From Acidobacteriota bacterium (GTDB lineage Bacteria > Acidobacteriota > Thermoanaerobaculia > Gp7-AA8), in assembly GCA_034667465.1 (NCBI GenBank), contig JAXDJV010000014.1, positions 209 to 64,208 of the forward strand: a DNA stretch of 64,000 nucleotides. Reading direction: 5' to 3'. Position numbers and translations under genes: made by a program. A model generated the notes under the pieces. The model was not told the DNA's origin. It searched no databases and saw only the letters and a list, made by a program, of their open reading frames with translations. Positions 17,268 through 28,500 of this stretch are shown piece after piece. The first letter of the stretch is position 1, and each line of letters opens with the position of its first letter.

Positions 17268-17852
17268 GTGGTGATGCGTGGCGCCATTCGCATTCTTGCC
17301 GCGGTCGCGTTCGCGCTTTCATCACTCGCATTCGCCGGCGCGTTCTACTGGGCGAGTGACTGGAACTGGGCGCCGCTTCAAGTTCCTCTTCCTGGTCCAG
17401 GCCTTGTCGTGGAGGAGACCTTCGAAATCACAACATCGGGTAAATTTGAGCTCGAGGCGTCTGTTCCGGTAACGCGTTCCACATCGGCCGTGAATGACCC
17501 GCAGGTCATACCCTGCCGGATCGAAGCCTCTGTGACGCACAATGGGGCGGTCTCTGCGAAAATCGTGCTCTCGGAATTTCGGGCGAGTGGGCGCGGCTCG
17601 ATGGACACATTCACTGGCGAGCCGGCCAGGATCGACCTCACGCCCGGCAGGTACTTCCTGAAGGTCCGTAATGCCGGGTCATCGCAACCATTCGGAGATC
17701 GGGGCGCACTTCTTCGTCTCACGCGCTTCGTTCACTCGACCGAATTCTACCTGCAGGGCGTTATCCTGCGTGCGCTTGGTTGGTGCGGCCTGGTTTTGGG
17801 ATTGACGATCACCGTAGTTTCGGAGATCAGAAATCACATCGCCGCGGCCTGA
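17268..17852 (+). CDS. Hypothetical exported/membrane protein
   Basis: Signal-peptide-like N-terminus and a C-terminal hydrophobic helix. No recognisable domain. Confidence 0.4.
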   Translation: MVMRGAIRILAAVAFALSSLAFAGAFYWASDWNWAPLQVPLPGPGLVVEETFEITTSGKFELEASVPVTRSTSAVNDPQVIPCRIEASVTHNGAVSAKIVLSEFRASGRGSMDTFTGEPARIDLTPGRYFLKVRNAGSSQPFGDRGALLRLTRFVHSTEFYLQGVILRALGWCGLVLGLTITVVSEIRNHIAAA

Positions 17853-17903
17853 CAACGCTAACAAAACGAACCATCAGTGGCTACCGACGTCCGCGTTCAA
17901 TCG

Positions 17904-18665
17904 TCATTGCGTGCTCGAATCGACCTGTGCCGCGAGGTATGTCGGATCGGTCGTGCTGTTGTCGATAATCGACGCATAGGCGGCAATCGGGACGTCGGAG
18001 CTGAAGCTCACCCATGCTTCGCTGAGGTCGGCGCCGCCCGAATCAAAAAAGAATCCCGCGGTGATACTCGTCGGTCCGATCACGGAATAGGCGGGCATCG
18101 TGATTGTCCGTTTCGAGACGAGGAGGTTGTTCCTGTCGTAGAGCGACCACGTGACATTTGCGGCGGCTTTCTGCGGGTTTGCCGCGCCGATGTTCGTGCG
18201 GAATGTCGCGTCGGAGCGGAGTTGCAGCAGGATGCCGCGGGTGATCACGTCGTGCACGTCAGTGCCGCCGAACCCTTGCCCGAGAGTGCCCGCTCCCGTC
18301 TGCGCGTAAATTCGGCTGGTGACGATGATGGGGTTGGGACTCGTCAGATAGATGGCGCCCAGCCCGGTCGCCGAAAAAATGGACGCGACGGCGTCGTTGT
18401 ACACCGCCGACTGTCGCTTTGGAATGGTCAGCACGACCGCGGTCGACTGCGTTTCGAACCGCGCGCTGTTGTCGATATTGCCCACCGGCAGGAAACGCGC
18501 GGTAACGGCCACGTCCTTGCTCGCTGACGGATTGAAGATCCGCACGTCCGTTCGAAAATTGCCGACGCTGCCGGCGATCGGCAGAAAGACATCGGACGCG
18601 GCCAGCGGCGCCGCGAGTAAAACGATCGCGGCGAGGAGTGGTGCGACGTTGAGTCGCCCCTTCAT
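17904..18665 (-). CDS. Hypothetical secreted protein
   Basis: Signal peptide MKGRLNVAPLLAAIVLLAAPLAAS. Its end overlaps the upstream gene, indicating an operon with 18662-19309 and 19299-21980. Confidence 0.5.
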   Translation of the reverse strand: MKGRLNVAPLLAAIVLLAAPLAASDVFLPIAGSVGNFRTDVRIFNPSASKDVAVTARFLPVGNIDNSARFETQSTAVVLTIPKRQSAVYNDAVASIFSATGLGAIYLTSPNPIIVTSRIYAQTGAGTLGQGFGGTDVHDVITRGILLQLRSDATFRTNIGAANPQKAAANVTWSLYDRNNLLVSKRTITMPAYSVIGPTSITAGFFFDSGGADLSEAWVSFSSDVPIAAYASIIDNSTTDPTYLAAQVDSSTQ

Positions 18666-19309
18666 TGCGCACTCCCGCTGGCGTTCGCGCGCGTTGCCCT
18701 GACGAAGGCGATCTGTTCCCGTGATGCAGCCGGCAGGCGTGCGAAAAGCGAATCGGTCTCGAGCGTTTCGTCTATGTGATCCTTTCCGTGCCGGAGCGCG
18801 ATGGCGTCGAGAAGTGCCGCGGCGTCTCGTTCCTGGCCGACATGAACGGCGATCCAGCCGGCCAGCTGCGCGTCGATCGACTCACTGCGGTGTCCGGCGA
18901 GAAGCGCCATCGAAAAGCCCGCACCGTGATCGAATGCATAGCCGAGACACTCGAGCAGAAACGGGGTGTAACGAGTCGAATCAGCGAGAGCAAGTTTCGT
19001 CAGTCCTTCCACCGCCTTGTCTTCACCGGCAAATGCCACGACGTGTGCGAGCCGGGAAATCTCCTCGGCGCTCATCGTTCCCTTGCGCCCCGCCTCGATG
19101 CGTGCGAGAAGCGCGGGAACGACGACCGCAGGGCGGTTTTGCGCGAGCCTCGTCAAATCCTCCCACTCCTCCGCGTCAGACGTTGCCAGCACCCGGTCGA
19201 TGTAGCCGAGAACCTGTACGTCGGAGAGCGACGTAACGTGATCGGCGGCGAGCAGCGGAACTGCCGTCAGCGCGAAGGCCACAAAGAGAGTTTTCACGTT
19301 ACATGACAT
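18662..19309 (-). CDS. Hypothetical secreted protein
   Basis: Signal peptide MSCNVKTLFVAFALTAVPLLAADH. Translationally coupled to flanking genes. Confidence 0.5.
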   Translation of the reverse strand: MSCNVKTLFVAFALTAVPLLAADHVTSLSDVQVLGYIDRVLATSDAEEWEDLTRLAQNRPAVVVPALLARIEAGRKGTMSAEEISRLAHVVAFAGEDKAVEGLTKLALADSTRYTPFLLECLGYAFDHGAGFSMALLAGHRSESIDAQLAGWIAVHVGQERDAAALLDAIALRHGKDHIDETLETDSLFARLPAASREQIAFVRATRANASGSAQ

Positions 19310-21980
19310 TGGTCATTACCTCCACCATGTGAATGAAGAGCGTCGACGTCGGAGGCGGGTCATAAAGAAAGATCACGCCGGTGGCGCTGCAATCGAAAAG
19401 GCTGAGGCTCGTGTGGACGTAACTGGAATTTGACCACCGTTCCGATGGCAGATGGTTCGCGCCGAAATAATAGAGCGCGCTATAAGAGCAAACGACGCCG
19501 TCATTTGAAGGACTGCCGGCCGGACAACCATTCGGCTGACTGTCATTGACGTCGTTCCAGTCGCACGCCGGAGCACGAAGTGCCTCATTGCAGAAGGTTC
19601 CGGCGGCGGCCAGCCAGTAGCCGGGCTGGCCGGCCAGCGACGCCGGATCGTTCCAGCCGGTATAGAGCGAGAAGAGTGCGGTAGAGAAGATCGGCGGGCT
19701 GAGCCGAAGCTGGCTGGCCATGTCGAGCTCGAGGCTCGGGCAGCGGAAGAGAGGATCGAGGCGATCGCAATAGGGGAAGCCGCCGTTCGGCGTGCCGAGC
19801 GTAATCAATCCGCGGACCCGTCGTCCCGAGAAGACGCCGCCGTAATTCCGGAGAATTGCTTCGCGCGCGATGAGGCCGCCCATGCTGTATCCGATCAGAA
19901 TGACGTCAGAGTTCGCGTTGCTGTGATCCGCGATGTAGGTCGCCAGTGCGCGTCCGCCGTTTTCCAGCGTGCAGCTGGAATTGCAACTCGCGCAATAGGT
20001 GAATCCGTCATTCACGACGAATCGGTTGGACGGCAGTGCCTCGGCAAGATGAACGCCGAGGTTGTGCATGTCGCTCGCTGTTTGCCCGATGCCGTGGAGG
20101 ACGAATACGCGGATGAGCGGTGTCGTCGTTGTCCCGACCGCGATCTGCAATCCAAACGAACCGGTCGCGGGAGTGTACGACGTTGCTTCGATCGTATAGG
20201 AGCCGGCGTTGAGCGACTGCGTGATACGCGAGTTGGTCCCGTCGGCGTCATCGTTCGACGTGATGGCGCTTCCGCTGCTGCCGCTTCCAGCCAGCAGGAA
20301 AAGGTACGTATCGAAGCTGTTCGAGGTCAGGTCGATCGTAACGCTGGTCGTCGAGGCCAGAGTGAACGTGAAGTACTTCGCGTAGCTGCCGCTTCGGTGT
20401 GTCGAAGCGCACGCGGAGTCGAGGCTGCCGCTCACACTCTGATTTGTTCCGACCGGCGTCGTGCAACCGCTGCTTCCTCCGCCGCTGCTGCTGCCCGCAA
20501 TTCGGATCGAGAAGGAACCTGTCGCCACGTCATAAGAGGTCGCTTCGATCGTATAGGTTCCCGCCGCGAGCGTCTGACCGACGTGTGAGTTCGTCCCGCT
20601 GTAATCGTCGTTCGAGGCAAGGACGGTTCCTCCGCTGCCGCTGCCGGAGAGGAGATAAAGGTATGTGTCGAATGACGACGACGTCATGTCGATCGTCACC
20701 GCTGTGCTCGAACTGAGAGTGAACGTGAGGTACTTCGCGTATCGGCCGCCGGAGTGAACGGAATTACAGGAGCTGTCGAGAGTCCCGGAGATGCTTTGAT
20801 TGAGCGCCGCGGCCGACTGGCAGCTGCCGCCGCTTCCTCCGCCGCTGCTGCCGCTGATCTGCAGCGCAAACGACCCGCTGCTGACGTCATAGGACGTCGC
20901 TTCGACCGTGTACGTGCCGGCGCTCAGGGTCTGGCTAATCCGCGAGTTTGTGCCGCTGTAATCGTCGTTCGACGTAATCGCGCTGCCGGCGCTGCCACTG
21001 CCGGAGAGCAGAAAGAGATAGGTGTCGAACGTCGTCGAGGTCATGTCGATCGTGATGACGGTCGATGAGCTGACAGTGAAAGTGAAGTAGCGCGCGTTGT
21101 GCCCGCTGCGATGGACCGAAGCACAGGCGGAGTCGAGCGTGCCGGAGATGCTCTGGTTCACTGCTACGGTCGACTGGCACGAGCCGCCGCCACTGCCGCC
21201 TCCCGACGCCGTTCCTGTTAATTGAAGCGTAAATGCACCGACGGAGGTGTCGTAAGAGGTCGCTTCAATCGTGTACGTGCCGGCGCCGAGCGTCTGGCTG
21301 ATGCGCGAGTTTGTCGCGCTGTAATCGTCGTTCGATGCGATGGCCGTCCCGCCGCTGCCGCTCCCCGAAAGCAGGAAAAGGTATGTGTCGAACGACGAGG
21401 CGTTCATCGAGATCGTGACGAGTGTTGATGCGGAGAGGGTGAACGTGAAGTACTTCGCGAACCGCCCTCCGCGGTGCACGGAGGTGCAGGAGGAATCGAG
21501 CGCACCGGAGATACTCTCGTTGAGCGCGACGGAGGTCTGGCAGCTGCCGCCTCCGCCTCCGCCGCCGGCGCTGCTGCCGCTGATCTGCAGCGCGAAAGAG
21601 CCGGTGGAAAGCGCGTATGACGTCGTTTCGACCGTGTATGTACCGGGACTCAGCGTCTGGCTCACCCGCGAGTCGGTGCCGCTGTAATCGTCGTTTGAGG
21701 CGACGACTGCTCCGCTCGTTCCGTTACCGGAGAGCAGATAGAGATAGGTGTCGAAGGCGCCTGAGGTCATCGAGACGGTGACGGACGTCGTGGAATTGAC
21801 GGTAAACGCGTAATAGCGGGCATAACGGCCGCTGCGGTGAACCGACGTACACGACGCGCTGAGGCTTCCGCTGATGCTCTGATTGATCGAGACGGTCGAA
21901 AGACATTGTGCTCGAAGCGGGACCGGCAGAAGCGCGGCCATTGCAGCGAGAAGAACGAACAATGCGGAACTGCGATTCAC
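19299..21980 (-). CDS. Secreted protein with five tandem pre-peptidase C-terminal (PPC) domains and a C-terminal alpha/beta-hydrolase lipase/esterase domain
   Basis: Five repeats of about 125 aa with the pattern CxxxVxxNQSISGxLxxSCTSVHRSGRYAxYFTFT...FDTYLYLLSG...SNDDYSGTNSR. They are followed by HGIGQTASDM...GYSMGGLIAREA (GxSxG nucleophile elbow). N-terminal signal peptide. Confidence 0.75.
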   Translation of the reverse strand: MNRSSALFVLLAAMAALLPVPLRAQCLSTVSINQSISGSLSASCTSVHRSGRYARYYAFTVNSTTSVTVSMTSGAFDTYLYLLSGNGTSGAVVASNDDYSGTDSRVSQTLSPGTYTVETTSYALSTGSFALQISGSSAGGGGGGGSCQTSVALNESISGALDSSCTSVHRGGRFAKYFTFTLSASTLVTISMNASSFDTYLFLLSGSGSGGTAIASNDDYSATNSRISQTLGAGTYTIEATSYDTSVGAFTLQLTGTASGGGSGGGSCQSTVAVNQSISGTLDSACASVHRSGHNARYFTFTVSSSTVITIDMTSTTFDTYLFLLSGSGSAGSAITSNDDYSGTNSRISQTLSAGTYTVEATSYDVSSGSFALQISGSSGGGSGGSCQSAAALNQSISGTLDSSCNSVHSGGRYAKYLTFTLSSSTAVTIDMTSSSFDTYLYLLSGSGSGGTVLASNDDYSGTNSHVGQTLAAGTYTIEATSYDVATGSFSIRIAGSSSGGGSSGCTTPVGTNQSVSGSLDSACASTHRSGSYAKYFTFTLASTTSVTIDLTSNSFDTYLFLLAGSGSSGSAITSNDDADGTNSRITQSLNAGSYTIEATSYTPATGSFGLQIAVGTTTTPLIRVFVLHGIGQTASDMHNLGVHLAEALPSNRFVVNDGFTYCASCNSSCTLENGGRALATYIADHSNANSDVILIGYSMGGLIAREAILRNYGGVFSGRRVRGLITLGTPNGGFPYCDRLDPLFRCPSLELDMASQLRLSPPIFSTALFSLYTGWNDPASLAGQPGYWLAAAGTFCNEALRAPACDWNDVNDSQPNGCPAGSPSNDGVVCSYSALYYFGANHLPSERWSNSSYVHTSLSLFDCSATGVIFLYDPPPTSTLFIHMVEVMTNVM
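20180..21910. repeat. Five in-frame tandem repeats of about 375 bp (PPC-domain modules) inside the 19299-21980 gene
   Basis: Near-identical nucleotide blocks are visible (e.g. recurring gtcgaaggt/gtcgaatga...gatcgtgac...gtgaacgtgaagtacttcgcg). Confidence 0.7.
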
Positions 21981-22053
21981 AGCTTTCCCTCATTTCCGCA
22001 CGTCGATTCCCTGTGGCGTAAGCGCGGCGGGTGCGGTCCGGGGCGCATCGGTG

Positions 22054-22830
22054 CTACATCTCTTTGAGGATCTCGGCGCGCTTGGCCGTGTACTCTTCCT
22101 TCGTAATCAGCCCTTTCTTCAGGAGGCCGTCCAGAGCGCGCAGCCGTTCTTCCGGGGTTTCTTTCGCTGCCGCCGGAGCCGATGTCGCAGCGTTCGCGCT
22201 CGTACCGCCGGTCCGGCGGCCCGACGTCCATGCCTGTTGCAGACCCGTATCTGCCATCACGTTGGAGAATGCTTCCTTGAGCGCATCGCTCAGTACTTCC
22301 GAGCAGTTGTCCGGACTGTGCGCATGTCCATAGCGATGTGCCGATCCGCTTCCTGAGCCTTCCGCGAGCGTCCTGCCACCGGCATCTTTGAGGATGAATG
22401 CGAGCTTCACCTCAGCGGTGTAAATGGAACCGAGCGCCTTGTTGGCCTCATCGAGATTGAAACGGGTGATCTGGATCATCAGCGTACGCGTCGCCGATGT
22501 CGCGAGTGAGACACCCCAATCCTTTGCGGTGGCGACGATCGCTTCCTCGACGAAGGGAGCGATCGGGTGGTCGGCATGAATGGGGAACTTCCTGTCGTCA
22601 CCGCCGGTGCCCTCACCGATCAGCAGCGGATCGTCGAGCTTGCGCGCGTCTTCCACTCGAATGACGACCGCCGTATGGAGTACCGACGGCTGAATGTCGG
22701 GACTCTCGGTATGGACTCCTTCCTGCGTCGCGAACTTCAGCGGCACGGTCAGCTCTTTGAGATTGCCGCGCGCGGAGGCGATGACGGGCGAGAGGAGGAG
22801 CAGCAGTACGAACGCAGCGCGATGGGACAT
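22054..22830 (-). CDS. Secreted protein with C-terminal SHOCT domain
   Basis: Signal peptide MSHRAAFVLLLLLSPVIASA. The C-terminal ERLRALDGLLKKGLITKEEYTAKRAEILKEM is SHOCT-like. Confidence 0.6.
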   Translation of the reverse strand: MSHRAAFVLLLLLSPVIASARGNLKELTVPLKFATQEGVHTESPDIQPSVLHTAVVIRVEDARKLDDPLLIGEGTGGDDRKFPIHADHPIAPFVEEAIVATAKDWGVSLATSATRTLMIQITRFNLDEANKALGSIYTAEVKLAFILKDAGGRTLAEGSGSGSAHRYGHAHSPDNCSEVLSDALKEAFSNVMADTGLQQAWTSGRRTGGTSANAATSAPAAAKETPEERLRALDGLLKKGLITKEEYTAKRAEILKEM

Positions 22831-23018
22831 TCGATCACCTGTTTTTTGGATGTGTTGCCCGTTGGAGGGACATGAACGGCGTTTTCGCCGCTCCGGAAGG
22901 GGAGAGTGCGCAAGCAGTCACTTCCCTGCCCGTGAAGATGAAGAAAGAAAGATCGCTCCTGCCCGTTACCTCCTTAACCGGCATGAATCCAACCTTCCGG
23001 CAATCCGTATACTCGTCA

Positions 23019-23776
23019 TGATGAACGGAAGGCAGGCGGTGCGTACGGTACGTCCCATCCGGACGGTGCTCGTCGATGACGAGCCGCTGGCGCTGGAGGG
23101 GCTGCGCGCGCTTCTCGCGCACGAGGAGGACATCGACGTCGTTGCCGAGTACGGGAGCGGCACGGCCTTCCTGCGCGATGCCGCGGCGATCGGCGCGGAC
23201 CTCGTTTTCCTCGATGTGGAAATGCCGGCTCTTTCGGGGCTGGAGGTGCTGGAACAACTCCACGCCGCGGGGGCGCAGCCGCACGTCGTTTTCGTGACCG
23301 GCTTCGACCAATACGCCGTGCGCGCGTTCGAGGAACAGGCGCTCGACTACGTCCTCAAGCCGTATCGCGCGGACCGCATGGCCAGAACGCTCTCGCGGTT
23401 GCGTCAGCAGATGGCCTGGGCGGCGGAATCGCCGGCAGCGGCCTTTCTCACCCGCGTGGCCGTCAGGAAGAACGCGCACATCCACCTCGTCAGGATCGAC
23501 GACGTCGACTGGCTCGAGACGGCGGGCAACTACGTGAGCCTGCACGTCGGTGCAGCGGAGTATCTCTACCGGACCACCATGGCGGCCATCGAGTCGCGGC
23601 TCGATCCCGCGCGCTTCGTGCGGATCCATCGCTCCACGATCGTCAACGTCGACCGCATCGTGGAGTTGCAATCCACCTTCGGTCGCGACCTCGTCGTCCT
23701 GCTGTGCGACGGCGCGCGCCTCCGCCTCGGCGCCCCCTACCGGGATGGTTTGCGCAAACTGATCGAAGGCCTCTGA
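23019..23776 (+). CDS. LytTR-family response regulator
   Basis: Receiver domain (VLVDDEPLALEGL...DLVFLDVEMP) plus a C-terminal LytTR DNA-binding domain (IHLVRIDDVDWLETAGNYVSLHV). The start is chosen at MMNGRQ, not at the ORF-track start, which overlaps the SHOCT gene. Confidence 0.85.
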
Positions 23777-23832
23777 ATTCACACTTTCGTATCGAAAGGT
23801 TGATGGCGTTCCGGCGGTCCTTACGCATATAA

Positions 23833-24933
23833 ATGGATATGCGCGATGGCCATGAATTCCGTCCGGCGCCGATGGCGCACCTCGGCCGCACGCTGGCGCT
23901 CTTCTGGCTCCTGTATTCAGTCTTCCATACCTCGTTCGACGTCGCCGTCCTGCGCTCGGCGGCGGCGCCAGTTCCGTATCCGCGGCTGACGCTCACCACG
24001 CTGCTGCACTCCGCGGTCTGGGCCGCCTTTTCATGGCTTCTCTTTCGCGCGTGCGACTTCGCCCTCTCGCGCCGGCGGCCTTTTGCCCGGCGCGCAGCGT
24101 TCCTCGGCGCAGTCGTGGCGACGTGGGCGCTCCGTCTCGTCTGTTATGCGCTCACCCTCGCCTTGCTCCGCACTCCGCCGCGGATCGACCGCGCGTCTTT
24201 CGTGCGTGCGCTGCAGTCCGGCGCCTCCGGCGTCGCCGTGTTCACGATCGTTCTCGCCGCGACGGCGGTCGGCATGCGCTGGTGGCAACGGCAGCTGCAG
24301 GCGGCGCGTCATCGCGCGGAAAGTGAAGAGACTCTCGTTCGTGCGGAGCTGCGCGTCGTGGCGGAACAACTGGAACCGCACTTTCTGCTGAACACGCTGA
24401 CGAGCATCCAGGCGCTCGCGACGAACGACGCGTCCGCCGCGCGCGACATGCTCACAGGACTGCGCGAGCTGTTGTCGTACTCCATCCGTCACGGCGCTGC
24501 AGCCACCGTTTCGCTCGAAGACGAAGTCCATTTCGTCCGCCAGTACCTCCGCCTTCAGTCGCTCCGTTTCGGCACGCGGCTCCGCACGCGGATCGCGATC
24601 CCGGCCGAGCTCCTCGACTGCCGGATCCCGCGTCTGATCCTGCAGCCTCTCGTCGAGAACGCGATCAAGTACGGAGTCGCGCGCCGCGAAGATGGAGGGG
24701 AGATCGCGCTCGACGCCGAGCGTGGCGTCGGGATGCTGACGATTCATATTCGGAACAGCAGCGCAGGCACGCCTGACTCGCCCGGCTTCGGGATCGGCAT
24801 GGCCGCGGTCCGCGCGCGGCTGTCGCTCCTCTTCGGAGCTGCGCAGCGGGTGACGCTGACGGACGACGGCGCCGGTATGACGGTCGTGACGGTCACGATG
24901 CCTCTCGTCGAAAAAAAGAGGATCGCCGCATGA
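23833..24933 (+). CDS. LytS-type sensor histidine kinase (His_kinase PF06580-like + HATPase)
   Basis: N-terminal TM helices, LEPHFLLNTLTSIQAL (phospho-His box of the LytS family) and a C-terminal ATPase with LVENAIKYG and GFGIG. Confidence 0.8.
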   Translation: MDMRDGHEFRPAPMAHLGRTLALFWLLYSVFHTSFDVAVLRSAAAPVPYPRLTLTTLLHSAVWAAFSWLLFRACDFALSRRRPFARRAAFLGAVVATWALRLVCYALTLALLRTPPRIDRASFVRALQSGASGVAVFTIVLAATAVGMRWWQRQLQAARHRAESEETLVRAELRVVAEQLEPHFLLNTLTSIQALATNDASAARDMLTGLRELLSYSIRHGAAATVSLEDEVHFVRQYLRLQSLRFGTRLRTRIAIPAELLDCRIPRLILQPLVENAIKYGVARREDGGEIALDAERGVGMLTIHIRNSSAGTPDSPGFGIGMAAVRARLSLLFGAAQRVTLTDDGAGMTVVTVTMPLVEKKRIAA

Positions 24934-25560
24934 CGAAGCTTCATCTGCTCGGTGTGGCGAAGGTGCGGCGCAGCCTGATGCTTCCGATCATCGTGTTCAC
25001 CGTGCTGAACGCGGCGACCCATGCGCGCGGGTTCGACGGAGAGTGGTGGTGGATGGTGCCGGCGTATGTGCTCTTCGACAGCCTGCTCTGGACCGGTGTC
25101 GCGTTTCTCATTTTCGCCGTGGTCGAGTGGAGGGAGAAACTGCGTCCGCAGCCGCGCTTCGCGGCGATGGTGGTGGCGACGGCCGGCATCGCCACGCTCG
25201 CCGCGGCGATCATCACCGTTCGGGCGCTCTTCGATTCGATCATCCATCAGCAGCCATTCGTGCGGCGGTGGCTCAGGTATCTGCCGGCCGGTTTCTACGG
25301 CGCCGCGTTCTACGTCGCGATCGTCACGGGAATCGCCTACGGGGTTTATTCGTGGGCGGTCGATGACCGGCGTCTCGCCGCGGCGGCGGAGCTCGATGCG
25401 GCGATCGCGAGGGCGGAGCTGAAGGCGGCGTCGGCACGTCTGCAGCCTGAATCACTCGACGCCGCACTGGCACGAATCTCCACGCTCATCGCGACGGACG
25501 TCGCCGGCGCGCAGCGCCTCATCTCGAACCTCGGAGCGCAGTTGCACGATTCACTCGCGG
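24930..25560 (+). pseudogene. 3'-truncated paralog of a LytS-type histidine kinase (TM region plus start of kinase core only)
   Basis: TM helices then ELKAASARLQPESLDAALARISTLI (the same motif as the intact kinase). There is no ATPase domain, and the reading frame runs into the 3' end of lanB on the other strand. Confidence 0.45.
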
Positions 25561-28500
25561 ACCCCCGCTCCTCGCCAGTTGCGAGCGGTACAACTGCACG
25601 AGATAGTCGTAGACGACCAGCTCGTGCTCCGGCCCGGCGGAGCGGCTGAGACGATTCACGAACATGTGGATGACGCTCTGAAGGATCGCCTGCAGTGGCA
25701 TCTGCAGACGGCCGCGGCGCTCGAGTGCGATCAACTCCGCGACGACGCCGGCGATCGCTTCCGATCTCCGCTGCAGCGCGCGAACGGACGTTGATTCATC
25801 GACCAGTCGCTGGAACGCGCCGCGCTCCCGGCGGAACCGCTCCGCGAGCAACTCGCGCACGGCTTCGTACTGGAACTGCTTCGCCAGCAGGTCGCGTGAC
25901 GTCTCCGCCAGTCGCAGCCGGCCCGCGGCGTCGCAGCCGAAATCGCGGAGCAGCGTGTCGATGCCGGCGGCGATGAACGGTGCGCGAGACGCGGAGCCGG
26001 CGTCGCCGCTGCAGGCCTCGAGCAACTCGATGACCGCGACGCTGTCGCGGAAGAAGATCTCTTCGACGAGATCGATCGCCTCCGCGCCGCCGTAGCGTTC
26101 CACTTCGCGCTCATACGTGTCGAACTGCACTTTCCACGCGAGACCTGCATCGAGCAGACGGCTTCCTGCCGCCTGCAGCGCCGGTTGCACGCTTTCGCGC
26201 AGCGTGCGCGGATCGCCGTGAAAGCGGATGCGCAGATGCCAGTGCGGATCGGAATAGCGGATGAAGAACCAGCGGTCCGCCGCACTGTTCGCAATCGCGT
26301 CAGCCGCAAGCGGCGCGATCTCCTCCGCCAGGACGCGATCGGCGGTCGCGGTGCCTGTATAGAACTTCGCGAAGAGCCACTCCGATCCGGGAGCAAACGT
26401 TCGTTGAATGAGTGGCGCGGGCGACTTCCTCACCGCCGGCGCCGGCGCCGCGACCGGCGCGCGTTTCGCGAAGGGGATCACGAGCTCGTGGAAGAAGCTC
26501 CCTTCCGGACCTTCTGCGCAGAGTTGATCGGGCGCGGGATAAAGCTCCGTGAAGACGAAGTCTTCGCGGTTGCGAACGAGCTCGACTACCGCGTCGAGCG
26601 CGAGGACGTTTTCGAAGTCGACGAGCAGCTCGTGATCGCCATCCGTCAGCACGACGTAGCGAGGCATGCGATGCTCCTCGCGAAGGCGCTGAACCGCGCG
26701 GTAGCGTGCGGCGCCGGAGCTCGCAGCGATCGTTTGGATCTGCGCGCTCATGATGCGCCAGCGCGCACGCGCCAGGACCAGCCGGCCGCTGACGATGCGC
26801 GGGAGGAACGGCAACGTCTCGAGCGGCCCCCAGTTCCATTGCATGCCGAGTCCTTGCGAAACCGCGGCGAGAAACCGATAGACGCCCAGGCTTTCAGAGG
26901 TCGTGTTGTGCGCGCTGGTCAGTCGCGGAATCACTTCGCGGTCGAGCCGTTTCGAGCGAAGACGGATGCGATCGCCCGAGACGCTGACGAGCAGATCGTC
27001 GAGCGGAATCTGCGCATCTTCCGGCGCGCCCGAGCGGCCGAGGAATGGAATCTCGTATTTGCGCAACACGGGGCGCGCGAGGATGTTGCCGATCCGTCCG
27101 GCGGGCAAATGCACGATCTCCGCGAACAGCGCGCCGGGACGAAGCGCTTCTTCCGCCGCCAGATGTTGCTCGACGCCTTCGCGGATTGCAGCATCGGCGT
27201 GGCAGAAGCGGCCGAGCATGCGCGCGCCCGAAGGTCCCGACGCGAAGTGGAGGTGCACGCGGTAGTCGCCGCGCTCCACCGCCTCGGGCGACGTCGCAGC
27301 GATCGTGGCCATGGCATGGAACGCGTCGGGCAGCGGCGGCCGATCGATGTTCTGCAGTCGCGCCAGATCCTCATCAATGAGCTCGATCTCCGTCCGCCCT
27401 TCGCCGAGTGCGCGAACGAGTAACTGCAGCAACACGGCGTCGCTCGGGCCCAGCGCGACGCGCTGTCTCTCGACTCGTGAGCGGAGCGGAAGACCGGCGA
27501 GTAGCGGCGACGCTTCGGCGGCCGCGCTGCCGGCGCGCTCGTAGCCGATGCCGTTTTCTTCGTCGAGCGCGACGAGGAGCGGAACTTCGCGATCGGACCC
27601 GTAGCGCTCCGAAAACGCGGAGCGAAATTCGTCGAACGCGGGCTCTCCCCGCTGCTGCGAAAAGAGGTGCAGGATCTCGACGCCGCGCAGGATTTCCGCG
27701 ACGACGTTTTCGCCGAGGACGACGTCCGATGGCGGCTTGATGAGATCGACCTGAAAGAGCCGCCTGAGCTCGACCGGAACGCCGAGCGGTTCGAGCTCGC
27801 GCGCGATCAGGCGATAGCGTTCCTCCGTCGAAGAGCTCGCGCAACGATCGATACTCGCGAGCGCGTGAGCTGCGCCGGCGAGTCGCGTACGTGCGTCGCC
27901 GGCGGCGGCGACGCCTTCGAGTTGCTGCAGCAGATCGGCGGTGCTCTCATCGCCCGTCACCGCAAGTGCGAGGTCGGGAAGGAGCAGCTGGTTGTCGACG
28001 ACGTCATCGACGAATGCCGCGGCATCCTCCATCGTGATCTCACCATCCGGATCGGAAGCGACGAGCGCCTCGGCCAGCTCACGCAAACGCGCGCCGCCGC
28101 GCGCGCGCTGCAGCGTGTCGCGCAATGCATCGAACGCGTCGAACGCCACGAGGTGATACGTGCGCTGGCGTCCCGCGACGCGCGACTCCGCGAAGCGCAG
28201 ACGTCCCGCCGTTTCGTAGAGCGTCGAGTTCGGACGGAACGTCAGATCGCTGCGGATCTCGGGAATCCGCGCGAGGTGCTCGCAGAGCGCGTGCAGGTAA
28301 TCCATGTCCAGGCGACTGTGCCGGCGATACGCGTTGCGTTCCGTCAACGCCAGCCGCGTCTGCTCGCCGATGCGGCCGGGCGTGCAGCCCGAGAAGAGCC
28401 CGAACGGCGTCGAGCGCGTGACCATGCGCAGGAAGTAGCGCACCAGTCCCTGCTCCGTGCGCCGCCCTTTCTTCGAGTCGGGCTCGCGCCGCCACGCTCC

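Noticed and set aside
22694-23018. Upstream extension of the LytTR regulator ORF (start 22694)
   Set aside because: It overlaps the SHOCT gene on the opposite strand. The receiver domain begins at MMNGRQ (23019), which has a sensible upstream region.
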